Source: Gracilinanus agilis (taxonomy: Eukaryota). Taken from it: DNA of 64,000 nucleotides. The DNA lies in contig NC_058135.1 in NCBI RefSeq assembly GCF_016433145.1, positions 277,475,511 to 277,539,510 of the forward strand, read 5' to 3'. The notes under the pieces are model-generated. The model searched no databases, was not told the DNA's origin, and saw nothing but the letters and a program-made list of their open reading frames with translations. The stretch's first letter is position 1; each line of letters begins with the position of its first letter. Below are positions 37,790 through 49,704 of the stretch, one piece after another. A program made the translations under genes and the position numbers.

Positions 37790-37985
37790 GAACAATTAGG
37801 TGGATCAGTGGATTGAAAATCAGGCCTAGAGAGAGTAGGTCTTTGGTTCAAATCTAGTCTCAGGCACTTCCTGACTGTAAACCTGGACACATTTCTTACC
37901 CCCATTGCCTAGTACTTCCTGTTCTTTTGCTTTTAAAACAAAACATAGTATTGATTCTAAGACAGAAGCTAAGGGTTAAAAAAAA
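37790..37985 (+). mobile_element. Diverged SINE1-type SINE
   Basis: CAGTGGATTGAAAATCAGGCCTAGAG..GGTTCAAATCTAG..CCCCATTGCCTAG..GATTCTAAGACAGAAGCTAAGGGTTAAAAAA. Confidence 0.8.
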
Positions 37986-39087
37986 TGAGTGTCATTTTCA
38001 TTATGAAAGTTCCAGTAATTAAGCAGTTGATAGTACAACATTGCTATCAATATTTTCACTTTATAAATGAAAAGAGTAAATATTTGAGACATTTTTAAAA
38101 GTCAATGACTATGAGGTTTAGTTAGTTGTCAATACTGAATGCCGAGAGGTGTATAGTGGCATGAGTGAAAGTAGGAGGTAAATTCTCCAAAGTTCAAATC
38201 CCATTACAGATATTTATAACTCCGAGTAAGTCACTTATCTCTTCTCCCCTCAGTTTCATGATCTGTAAATTATAAGTAACAAAATATCTACATATCAGGG
38301 CTATTGTAAGAATAAATATATGCATACAATTATTATTATGATTTTTATTGCTTTGAATTTTTCTCCCCAAATTATGAACAATTGGGAATTTCTAGTGAAA
38401 TGTATAAAGATATGTAGGGAAAAGGGACAAGGGCTTGAGCCACGATTTCTCCAATATAAGGAATTCTCATATGAGGGAATTTCTGCTATGAATGCAGATT
38501 GGCACACTCTGCCAATTATAAGATTAAAGAGCTGCATAGATCACTAATATGCTAAATGAATGACATGAGCTGACACAGTTTGTATATTTCAGCATTAGGG
38601 CTTGAACTCACCCCTTCCCATTGCCAACATAGCACTCTGTCCACTCTGTTATGGAATTTCTTATGAAAAGAATAATCAGAGGAATATTATGATTAGCATC
38701 TCCACCATTATCATCATTACCATCATCATCATCATAACTGTCATTGCCATCAGCACTACCAAGAAGAATCTTTCCTTGAGGCTATATTATCAGTCTTTAT
38801 AGTATTTGTGTTCCAGGGAGTTTGCCAGGCTCCTCTTTGTTGCCTGTAAATGAATTGTAAAGGACAATATGGAAATCATAATATAATTGAAGAAATACTT
38901 AACTATGGTGTCAGGAGAGTGCATAAGTTGGCTCTGCTATTTACTACTGCTGCTTATTCTATAGCTGTAGAGAAGAGACTTGAAGATTTGAATCAAAGTT
39001 TCCTTATTTATTAAATGGGAAGATGACTCAAGTTTTCTTCATTTATTTAAGTTTCCTTACAGTTCATGATTTTATGATCCAATATGT

Positions 39088-40044
39088 CTATGTAATACAT
39101 CCTGACATTTTCATGAAGAGTTTTCTCTGGAACATCTTCTTCATGGCCTCAATGACATCCTTATTTCTGAGGCTATAGATCATGGGATTTAGCATGGGGC
39201 TCACAAAGGTATAAAAGACAGCAATAGTTTTGGATTCCTCCACTGAATGCTCAGAGGGAGGTCTTAAGTACATGCAGAAGAGGGTCCCATAAAACAGAGT
39301 CACTGCTATTAGATGAGATGCACAGGTGGAAAAGGCCTTTTGTCTGCCTTCAGCTGATTTGATTCTCAAAATGGCAGCAAAGATAAAAACATAAGAACAG
39401 AGAATTGTAAAGAGAGAGCTTGAGAGAGTAAAGCCAGCTACTATGAACATGGCCATTTTTTTAACATAGACATCAGAGCAAGCCAATAGTATGAGAGGAG
39501 GGTCAGCACAGTAGAAGTGATTAATTTCATTGGGTCCACAGAATGACAAATGGAAGGTCAGCAGAGCCTGAGAAAGACCATTCAGGAAGCCATAGACATA
39601 GGGGACAATGACCAGGCAGAGGCAGACATTTTGGTTCATTTTGGTACTGTAATGCAGGGGGCTGCTGATTGCCACATAACGATCAATGGCCATTGAAGCA
39701 AGGATATAAAACTCTGTAATCACCAGGGCAATGAAGGAAAGACACTGGGTGAAACATCCTGCATAGGAGATGGCCTTTCTCTCTGAGAGGAAATGGATTA
39801 GCATCTGAGGAGTGATGTTGGAGGAGTAACACAAATCCACAAAGGAGAGATGACTGAGGAAAAAGTACATGGGAGTGTGGAGTTGTGGACTGTTATGAAT
39901 CAGAATGATCATACCCAGATTCCCTACCAGAGTAATGACGTAGATCACTAGGAAGACTACAAAAAGGATTTTCTGAAGTTCTGGGTCCTCAGTTAGTCCC
40001 AGGAGGATAAATTCAGATACCTTGGTGATGTTCTGTGAAGACAT
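39088..40044 (-). CDS. Olfactory receptor OR5M10/OR5M1-like, copy B; intact (318 aa from MSSQNIT)
   Basis: All OR motifs present, DRY retained. The ORF-track start at 40089 is a TTG in the probable acceptor region; the first ATG is at 40044. Confidence 0.95.
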   Translation of the reverse strand: MSSQNITKVSEFILLGLTEDPELQKILFVVFLVIYVITLVGNLGMIILIHNSPQLHTPMYFFLSHLSFVDLCYSSNITPQMLIHFLSERKAISYAGCFTQCLSFIALVITEFYILASMAIDRYVAISSPLHYSTKMNQNVCLCLVIVPYVYGFLNGLSQALLTFHLSFCGPNEINHFYCADPPLILLACSDVYVKKMAMFIVAGFTLSSSLFTILCSYVFIFAAILRIKSAEGRQKAFSTCASHLIAVTLFYGTLFCMYLRPPSEHSVEESKTIAVFYTFVSPMLNPMIYSLRNKDVIEAMKKMFQRKLFMKMSGCIT

Positions 40045-41778
40045 TTCCTTACATCCTATTAATTGAGAGATGTATATATTAGCAAGCAATTAAGAATAAA
40101 TTTCACTAACCTGAAATATAATGTCCATAACCTTTTAGGATTCTTTAGAAATTATCATCAAAATTTGTGTTTAGCCATTTAGGGCTTCCTTTCTTCTTTC
40201 TATATTTGTCTTTCTTTTTCTTCCTTTCTCTCTCTCCCTCTTTCTCATCCTTTTCTTTTTTCTTTATTCATTTGCTCATTTCTTTCCTTCATCCTTCACT
40301 TCTTCCCTTTCTCCTTACATATATTTTCATATATATTATATATATTAAAAGGAATAAAAATAGGTATTGTCATATTTCAAATGGTGTATTAAGTCACTTT
40401 TATTTTCATATTCTGTGTTCACATGCCCCTTACAACTTTGACATGTTTTAATTTATTTTTCAAAGTTTTTCCTAATTTTGGTATTGCGTATCCTAAAGGT
40501 CTTTCCAACTCCATGAGATTTTTTTGTTCTCTGAGTTAAAGTGATTAATTTCTTGGCAAATCTGGACTCTGCAGAGGGCCCTAGTTTTCTGGTTAGGCTC
40601 AGTATTTTCACTTAAATACAGATTAGAGCTATACTGAAAGACTTGTCTGAGGAAAAGCTCAAGGCTATGAAAAGATATGATTTAATAAGAATGGAATTCA
40701 TAAAACAAAAAGGAAGCTGTGACTGTAAGTGTTAATATATGCCAATACTGATTCTTATTTCATAATTGATGTTCTAATACTGTAGTCATTCAATAAATAT
40801 ATTGCTTTTAGCTATTCATAAATTTTTCAACATCTATATTTTTTTCATTATGTTATGTAACATGGATATTTAACCCTAAAGTAACTATTTTGGGCTTAGT
40901 ATCTTATGAAATAGAGAATTTCCTACCTTTGAAAGTAGTACAGTTTCTTTACACTCAGTCTCCCAGAGTTTAGGTCAGACCAATGTCAGAGGCCAAAAGA
41001 AAAATCTGCCAAAGACTCTAGAATATTTAGCTATATTTGGTTGGAATCTGTGTAACATTTCTAAGTTCCCTTTCAGAACTAAGAATCTAGATTTCTTTGA
41101 TAAAGAAGAGACATTTATATTATTATGACTGTTGCATGTTTTCCCCAAAGAATTCCCCAATTGCATCCCTTAGCAATTAAACTTTTAAATCATAAAAAAT
41201 CTCAAGAGCATCTAAATAAAATTGATGAGAACTGGATTCTCTCCAATCTTTAACTTTCACCCATTCTTGACCTTTTTTTTCCTTAGCATTTTCCATAGTT
41301 CTATTTACATAGCAAGTAATAAATAATTGCTTGCTGATTTACTGAGATCACTGGACCTAAACTTGCTGAAGTGTTGTAAAAATTAATATACATTATTTTA
41401 GTTGTAAGTTTGTTCTTATGAATTTCCAATCTTATTTTTATCATATTTCTTCATCTAGTAAAATCTTGTGCTGATTTTAGTATTTTTTAATTTTGCAAAA
41501 TAATTTTTCAAGAACAGTTTTTCATTGATTACATTTTTGAAAATTTTCAATTAAGAATTTTAATTCTAATTTAATAACCAAATATTGATTCTAAAATAAC
41601 AATTTAAAATTGATTTTAATTTTGATTAAATCTATTTTCTTTTACTTCCATCTTACCCCAAGAAGTATAAAATGGAAAAAAAAAACAAATGCAATTAGCA
41701 AAACTAACCAAAACATCAACTGATTCAACTATATAAATACAAGACGTAGGCAGCAATACACTAAGAGTAGGATATTTT

Positions 41779-41957
41779 TTTTAAACCCTTGTACTTCAGT
41801 GTATTGTCTCATAGGTGGAAGATTGGTAAGGGTGGGCAATGGGGGTCAAGTGACCTGCCCAGGGTCACACAGCTGGGAAGTGGCTGAGGCCGGGTTTGAA
41901 CCTAGGACCTCCTGTCTCTAGGCCTGACTCTCACTCCACTGAGCTACCCAGCTGCCC
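41779..41957 (-). mobile_element. Young SINE1-type SINE
   Basis: Full reverse-complement SINE. TSD AGAGTAGGATATTTT at 41764-41778 and 41958-41972. Confidence 0.94.
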
Positions 41958-41972
41958 AGAGTAGGATATTTT

Positions 41973-43120
41973 AATATTGGCCGCTCTTTCTTGGATAACT
42001 CTAACAGAAAAATAAACAAAAGAGAAAAATAAAACAGAACAAATTGCTGGAGAAACTAGCTAGATATAAAATACTTCTGGCACTTTTTAAATGAGTCTGC
42101 TAAAGAATATATATATCCTCAACCTCATATGGAACATTTTTTTATAAAAAATTATCAAGTATTATGAAACAGGCATAATTGATAGGCCAAAACACTATCC
42201 AAATAGTAATCTATTCAGTGATTATAAATATGGAGATTTAATGAAATCCTAAATAATGATTATATCAATGAAAATTATAAACAAACAAATAAAATTATTG
42301 CAAAAGAAAAAAGATGAAATAATACATAAAGAACCTAGGATATAGCTATGTCGGTTGGTAGAGTAGGAATTATATTTAAAATAATTTAAAAATAGAAATT
42401 AGGAATAATTAACTGAACATATATTTAGAAAAATTAATGTCAATAAATAAACAAGCTCAGTAAGTCTAAAACAAGTTGCTGAAAATTAGAGGATAAATAA
42501 ATGGGAACAAAAATATATATACAAAAGTTAGCACTAAAAGCTAGCTCTGTGAGAATACTAATAAAATTGATATATATTTAGCTTATGAGGGAAGAAAATG
42601 AAATCAACAAAATAGCAAAAGTTCAAGAAGAAATTACAATAAAACCAGAAGATATAATGAGAATTACCAGAATTTATTGTATACATTCAACAATCTAATA
42701 AAACTGAAAACATGAAAGAAATATCTTCAAAAATATAAAATAACCAAATTAAAAGAAGGCCAAAAAGAGATCTTATGAAATCCAATATCAGAAAATGAAA
42801 TTGAACTAACTACAGATGAGATAACAAATTAAAAAAAAAAAAGCAAGGAAAAGAAACCCAACTCCTGGTCCTGATAAATTCACATAACTATTTTTTTCAA
42901 AACTTTAGATACAAATACTACCAAAAATTATTTTTCAAAATTAGAGAATGTGCTTGACAAAACTCTCTTCATAAGATAAATGTAATTGTAATACCTAAAA
43001 CAGGGAAGCAAAAAAATGAGAAAATTAGTAATATTAATTCAACTTTAAAGTAAAATTTTGTTAAACAAAACAAAAAATCACTCAATAAATCATTCTATAT
43101 GACTAAGTTTGACTTATCAC
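41973..43120 (+). mobile_element. Old, decayed L1 ORF2 fragment
   Basis: A-rich ORF2-like text (..AATCCAATATCAGAAAATGAAATTGAAC..CTCCTGGTCCTGATAAATTCAC..GTAATACCTAAAACAGGGAAG..TGACTAAGTTTGACTTAT). Confidence 0.7.
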
Positions 43121-46100
43121 AGCTAGGAAGCCCAATGGATAGAATGCTGGGTCTAGAGTCAGGACAATCTAAGTTCAAATTTGATCTCAGACATTTATTT
43201 TCTATGTGACCTGGACAAGTCACTTCATGTCTCAATGCCTACATTTCTTCATTTATAAAATGGGAATAATAATACCATTTATTTTGAACAGTTGTTAGGA
43301 TCAAATGAGATAATTCTAACCTGCTTAGCACAGTGACTTACATAGAAATTGCCATATAAATGCTTATAATTATTTTGTTGTATTGTAATTATTATAAATA
43401 TTGTCTGGAGTGGTATGAGTATAGTGTAGTAAACACTTAGCAATCAAAATGGCTGAGCTCCAGAAGTTCCAAAGATTCTAAATATGAGTGGAATGGCTTC
43501 TATTGGTGTGTTTATGTGAAAGAAGTTAAGGGTTGTAATGTAGGAGCTCTTGTGCTAACCCTGTCATTAATTAACTGTGTTATTGTGGGAAAGTCACTTA
43601 ATCTCATTGACCCACAGTTTTTTTTTCATTGAAAAATTAAAAAGGTCTGAAGATCTTTGAGGTCCTTTTCTTGTCTAGATATATGATCCAATGTTTCAGT
43701 GATCTGAGCTGTGAGGAAATAGATTAAGGTTATTTTGCAAAGAATCAACAAGGCTCCTTTGTTTTCTTGATTATGCTAGGAAAGAGTGATAGAGTTAGAG
43801 TAGTGCAGATGATTTAAAGTTATACAGATTAAAGTTATATGGATCAGCCAAGGATTTAGACTGCTTGCTAAAAGTTTAAGAAGCTGTTGGTGTAAACTGA
43901 AGGCTTTTCATTTTTTAAGGGATAAACTAGATGCCATCAATTTCTCCTTGGAGTTATACACTGAAACAACTGAATAAACAGTAAAGTTGATACCAAGTTA
44001 AATAAATGGTTTTGTTTAGTTGAATGAGCAGGATTTACTAAAAGTAAGGATGACTTGTTCAAGGGAAAATGAAATAGACTGAGACTGACTTCGATCCTAG
44101 AAGTTTGTATAGAGCAGATCATCATGTTATCCTTGGAGTCAATTCATCAAATATTGGTCAGATGAGGAATATTTCAAGGACTGAGTTCAAACCATTCCAT
44201 CCTTAATAGGTTAATTTTGAAACCTATTAATGGTTCATTATCACTGACTCAGAGAAAACTATGCAACCATGACCTGGATGGGGAAGGGGATTAGAATCTT
44301 AGTCCTAGTCAAAAATAGTTGCTGACTACTTTTGAAGCTCCCAATATTATTCCACACCTTCGCATCACAAATAGTGGCGGGGTTAGCCACAGCTGTTTAT
44401 TATAAGATTAAATCAATCAGGTGCAGTTTTCATCAGAATAAAAGGACACAAATAAATTCAACAGCATTTTATTCAGTGTGAAAAAGGGATCCTGTTGGAT
44501 CCATCTAAACTGGTTGGGGCCCATGTAAGGACTGACAGGTCTTCAGTTTCTGCTTTTTCCCCTAAGCACCTCAGCCATCTTAGTGATTCCATTATTAAAA
44601 AAAATAGTCTTCTATATTTCCCCTTGTCCCATTGGTTTTTACTTCTTAATCTTCTTTGGTGATTTGGATTTGAAAAAGATCCTGAAAATGATTCTGCACT
44701 GGACACGATGATTTTGCTGCTATTGTAAATATAGATTTAAAAAATCATCTCTCTCTTCACCAAATGCCATCTATTCTTTTTTTCCCTAGAGATACTTAAA
44801 ACTTTTTTATAGGGAATAAAGTCATGTCTTCCAATACTAATCTCATATTAGCTTCCTCTCTTCCTAATGTATAAAGAAACTATCAGTCTTCAGTGATTTA
44901 TACCCCCTTTACAAGTAGCCTGATAAAGACTTGCCAGAAAACTTATTACAACAAAATTGAAGATTTACACATAGGAGACCTTAGAATTTAACACCTCTAC
45001 CTCTCATTTTACATATATGAACATGGAGGTCTAGTTAAGTTAAGTGCCTTCTTCCCTTATGATACTCACTTTATTTTAAAGCTGTTCACTTTGAATCAAG
45101 GGAAGCCATGAAGACTCTGGAGCTCTTCCCATAACCTTCATTACTATGAGAAAATTGGCTCCCTAGAACAGAACTACTTATCTCTTCATAGTCTATGAAT
45201 AGGTCTGAGGGTTTGGTAGAGAGTGGTATTTCTAGTAGTATAGTTCATGAGACTCCATTAATGTTATTTCCTTCTGTGGTTATTACATGATATCATGTAG
45301 CCATCCAAATTTAGTGTTCAGAAATAAGTATTTTTTAGTTGGTATATAACATCCCACCCAAAGTATATGACACAATCTTCCCTTTGTGCAAATAGAATCA
45401 ATAGGAAAATAGACCCAAAATTAGAATATGCATATGGAAAAAGTATAACGTATAGCCCCCAGAATTCCTGCTGCTAGAGTCTTCTATGATGCTTCTTTAA
45501 GGTATAATATGGCTTTTCTGGAGTTTTTTATAAAACCTTGAACATATATTTATTCTTGATTGCCCATATATTTTTATCTTTTGATGCATAAACTGCTGCC
45601 AGTTTCTATTGTCCTAGAGACAATGCTAGCATGTCAGTCAAAGGAGAAAAAGACTGAAAGGAGAAAAGATCCAGGGGGAGACTAAAGTTCTTTCCTCCAC
45701 CTATCACACTTCCTTTCAACAAGCAATTCCTCCTTAGTGATGCCTTTCTTTCCTCTCTGAACTAAGGTGCTTGAGTATCTGATTCTAATTAGCTAGAAAA
45801 TTTTATGTAGGCACCAATGGGAGTGACTAAATTCTTCTGCAAATCCAAAGAGATTTTCTCTCAAACCTATATTTGTATATAGACCTTCTTCCTAACTAGT
45901 GAACAATTAGAATGTGTTCTCCTCTAATGAATATATTTGGATATATTATCTTATCAGTTTTTAAAATGAAGTGAGAAAAAAGAATATTTGTCTCTCCACT
46001 CAAAGATAAAAAGAAACATTTATTAAAATATGGGATAAGTATAAAATCACATGACTTCTATAAAGGACTTAAATTGACCCAATAAGGTCTTATTCTTACA

Positions 46101-46309
46101 CTGGGGCATGTGTGCTTCATTGTGTCATGGAGATGGCCTTCTGTTCTCAAAGATCTTGCCTCCAAAATGAAAGCTCTACCATCCTCTTCTAAACAGGAAA
46201 AGATTCAAGTATGGGACCACTAATGGACTGTCTATCAGTTGTCCAAGTCTACATACATTCAGTTAAATAATGATAGTGATTACAGAAATGGATTTAGAAT
46301 TAAGAAGAA

Positions 46310-46505
46310 CAGGGAAACTAGGTGTCTCAGGAGAGAGAAAGTCAGACCCGGAGTTCTAGATTCAATTCCGGCTTCAGACACTTCCTAAGTGTGTGAACCT
46401 GAGCAAGTAACTTTACCTCAATTGCTTAGCCTTTACCTCTTTTCTGCTTTGTAACCAATACTTACTATCAATTCTAAGATAGAACTCAAAGGCTGAAAAA
46501 AAAAG
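46310..46505 (+). mobile_element. Diverged SINE1-type SINE inserted in a MIR
   Basis: CTAGGTGTCTCAG..TTCAGACACTTCCTAAGTGTGTGAACCTGAGCAAG..ATTCTAAGATAGAA. AGAATTA(A/G)GAA on both sides; MIR text resumes after it. Confidence 0.7.
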
Positions 46506-47710
46506 AATTAGGAATACATAAATTCAAATCTTGCCTCAAACCCTCATTAGCTATATATGTCACTTAATTTCTTCTTAGTTTCTTCATCTTTAAAATGGGG
46601 ATATTAATAATATATTACCTTTCAGGATCCTTGTGAAGATCACATGAGAGAATATTTAAATGCTAGCTATTATATGCAGAGATAATTGTTTAAAGGATAT
46701 GAAGGTTTTAGCTAGAGGAACAGTTGAAGGTTTTTTATTAAACTGAAACACAATTAAATCTATTTTCCTAACAAGAGTGTCTATACTGACATATTCACAG
46801 ATTTATGAAGTATTGAAAGAAGTAACACAATGAAATGTACTGATTATAATGGACAGAAAACAATAAATGAAATCTGAATTTCCTAATTGTGACAATGATT
46901 TTTGGAAATCTATAAAGGAAATATGACTGAGCCAATGTCACCTAGCTGGACAATATATTAGAACTCAGGTTTCCCAGATTTTTGATCCTTAAGAGATTCA
47001 TTTTTCACTACTTCATGAATGTCCTTGAAACACTGGTCTGCTAGCTTATTAGAAACTAAGAGATTACAGCTGGTAGGGCAATATATTTCTAGTCCAACCA
47101 TCTCTTCCACTGAGTCCCTTTCAAACATGCCTCATTGTTCTCTCCTCTGTGTTCTATGGCTCTGTCCATAGAAACTTATATTATATTACAGAGTTAATAT
47201 TATGTCTTTTTTTTTAATTTAAAGTCCCCTACAATACAAAGAATGTTTGCTCCAGGTTCTATAGTCCCTTTGATATGTGGAATTATATGTTCTCAAATTC
47301 TTTCCATTTCTAATAATTTTTAAAATTACCTAGCATTTATATAGTTCTTTAACATTTGGAGAGCACTTTATATATACTATTTCATTTGATGCTCACAACA
47401 GATCTGTGAGGTACGTCCTATTATTATCTCCATTTTGTAGATGAGGAAATTGAGCTGGGCAGAGGTTATGAAATATGTCCATCGTCACAAAGCTTGTTAG
47501 TTTCTAAGACAAAGTGTCTTTCTGACTCCAAGTGCAACACTCAATCCACTATGAAATCTAGCTTCCCCTAGCATTCTATGTTCTCAGTTCTAATGGCCGT
47601 TGTAGTTTTGATATTTCATGCTTTGTGCTTTGTCTTATGTCTGGTACACTAAGTTCCAGTTCTAGTTTCTAATATCTCATCCTTTTCAGTGCTTTCATTT
47701 TAAAATCACA

Positions 47711-48652
47711 CTAAAAAGAGGATGAAGATTTTAGTATGAAGACTTTCCTGAAGGAAGCTTTCACCTCTTTGTTCCTCAGACTATAGATCAGGGGGTTCAG
47801 CATGGGAATCACCACTGTGTAGAACACGGACACCACTTTATCTTGGTCCATTGAGTAGCTAGAGCTGGGTCGCAGGTACATGAAGAGAATTGTCCCAAAG
47901 AAGATGGTGACAGCCATCAGGTGGGAGGCACAAGTGGAGAAGGCTTTGTATCTCCCCTCAGCTGAGCGTATCCTCAAAATGGCAACAATGACATATAGAT
48001 AAGAAACAATGATAGTCAAGAGGCAACTTAATTCATTAAAACTGGCAAAAGCAAAAATGACTAGTTCATTCACATGAGTATCTGAGCAGGAAAGTTTCAA
48101 GAGAGGTGGAGTATCACAGAAAAAATGGTTGATGATATTAGAGCCACAGAAGGACAGCTTAAAAGTTAAAGCTGTATGTATTGCTGCATTGGCAAAACCT
48201 GCCAGGTAAGTGCCCGACACCAGTATGATATTGAACCTCTGGGACATGGTGGTGGTATAATGCAAGGGGATGCAGATTGCCACATAGCGGTCATAAGCCA
48301 TCACAGCCAGCAGAAAACCCTCTATGCCAGCAAAGGAACCAAAGAAGAAAAATTGAGTGGCACAACCACTCCATGAAATGATCTGCTTCTCCACCCAAAA
48401 GTTTATGAGCATGTTGGGGGTAATGACAGAGGAGTAACAAAAGTCCACAAAGGACAAATTGCCCAGAAAAAAGTACATTGGGCTGTGAAGTTGTGAATCA
48501 ATCACAATCAGTAGGATCATCCCCAGGTTTCCCACCACACTGACCACATAGATTAAGAAGAACACCACAAAGAGGATGTGTCGTAGCTCTGGATGGTTGG
48601 TGAATCCCAGGAGAATGAATTGGGTCACTGTGCTGTGATTATGCCACACCAT
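47711..48652 (-). CDS. Olfactory receptor, family 5, OR5AP-related; intact, 313 aa
   Basis: NHS glycosylation site, [78 protein letters not shown] and [15 protein letters not shown]. Shares OR5AP motifs but is more divergent. Confidence 0.96.
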   Translation of the reverse strand: MVWHNHSTVTQFILLGFTNHPELRHILFVVFFLIYVVSVVGNLGMILLIVIDSQLHSPMYFFLGNLSFVDFCYSSVITPNMLINFWVEKQIISWSGCATQFFFFGSFAGIEGFLLAVMAYDRYVAICIPLHYTTTMSQRFNIILVSGTYLAGFANAAIHTALTFKLSFCGSNIINHFFCDTPPLLKLSCSDTHVNELVIFAFASFNELSCLLTIIVSYLYVIVAILRIRSAEGRYKAFSTCASHLMAVTIFFGTILFMYLRPSSSYSMDQDKVVSVFYTVVIPMLNPLIYSLRNKEVKASFRKVFILKSSSSF

Positions 48653-49511
48653 TGCCTCAGAAGAAGAGTGTCTACTGTTGGATTAAAAAAAAAATAACTC
48701 GATCAGGGAAGAAGAAAGCAGGAGAGGACACAGTGGCCAGAATGGAGAATTACAAAGAATACTGGACTGAGAGTTTGGGGATCTGAGTTTGAATTCTGGC
48801 TCCATCACTTTCTACTGGAATGATGTTAGAGAAAAACCCTTCAGCTATTGGGGCATCAGTGTCTGACACTATGGAATATAGGAGCTTTGTTTAGATAACT
48901 CATATTATCTCTCCTCTAAACCCTGCAGTGTTGATTTAACTAATTATCCCTTCTCATCTAAGCAGGAAAAAAACAACAACAACAAAAAAACATCCAAGAC
49001 ATCCTGGATGAATAAGGATGGTATCAGTTTCCTCTAGTCTCAAAAGAGGAAAGATGAGTTACAGAGTAAGTTCCAAGATTGGCATTATTGTGTAATAAAA
49101 TACCAGCATTTTATATGTTATTTTTATGTAGTTTAATAAATATTTACCCTAAATTGTTTCCTTTTCAGGCAGTTTTAGGTGGCATTAATTGGCATTAATG
49201 TTGTTTTAAAATACCTTGGATTTGACTAGTGAGAATATTAAGATGTTTATCATTTATTTGTTAATCCTACTTAGATTAAATTGATTTTGTCTTGTATATT
49301 CTTAAATCAGGGTTCTTTGTCTCTGAACTTAGTTCATAATTCAGCTAGCCTGTAATGGGGTAAGGTTAGAATCCAGTTCTCTTTTTAATCACTATTAATT
49401 ACAGGGGGGGGACCTCTTGAACTAGAGTTTAGAAATACAATTCTTTCATAAAATGTTTTAATTCTATGAGAACTATTATTACAGCAATGCTTGCAAAAAG
49501 TCCCTGACAAT

Positions 49512-49704
49512 GGGGCAGCTGGGTAGCTCAGTGGAGTGAGAGTCAGGCCTAGAGACAGGAGGTCCTAGGTTCAAACCCGGCCTCAGCCACTTCCTAGCTG
49601 TGTGACCCTGGGCAAGTCACTTGATCCCCATTGCCCACCCTTACCAATCTTCCACCTATGAGACAATACACCGAAGTACAAGGGTAAAAAAAAAAAAAAA
49701 AAAA
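49512..49704 (+). mobile_element. Young SINE1-type SINE with long poly(A) tail
   Basis: Near-consensus body with CpGs retained and an A tail of about 24 nt. TSD AAAAGTCCCTGACAA on both sides. Confidence 0.95.
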
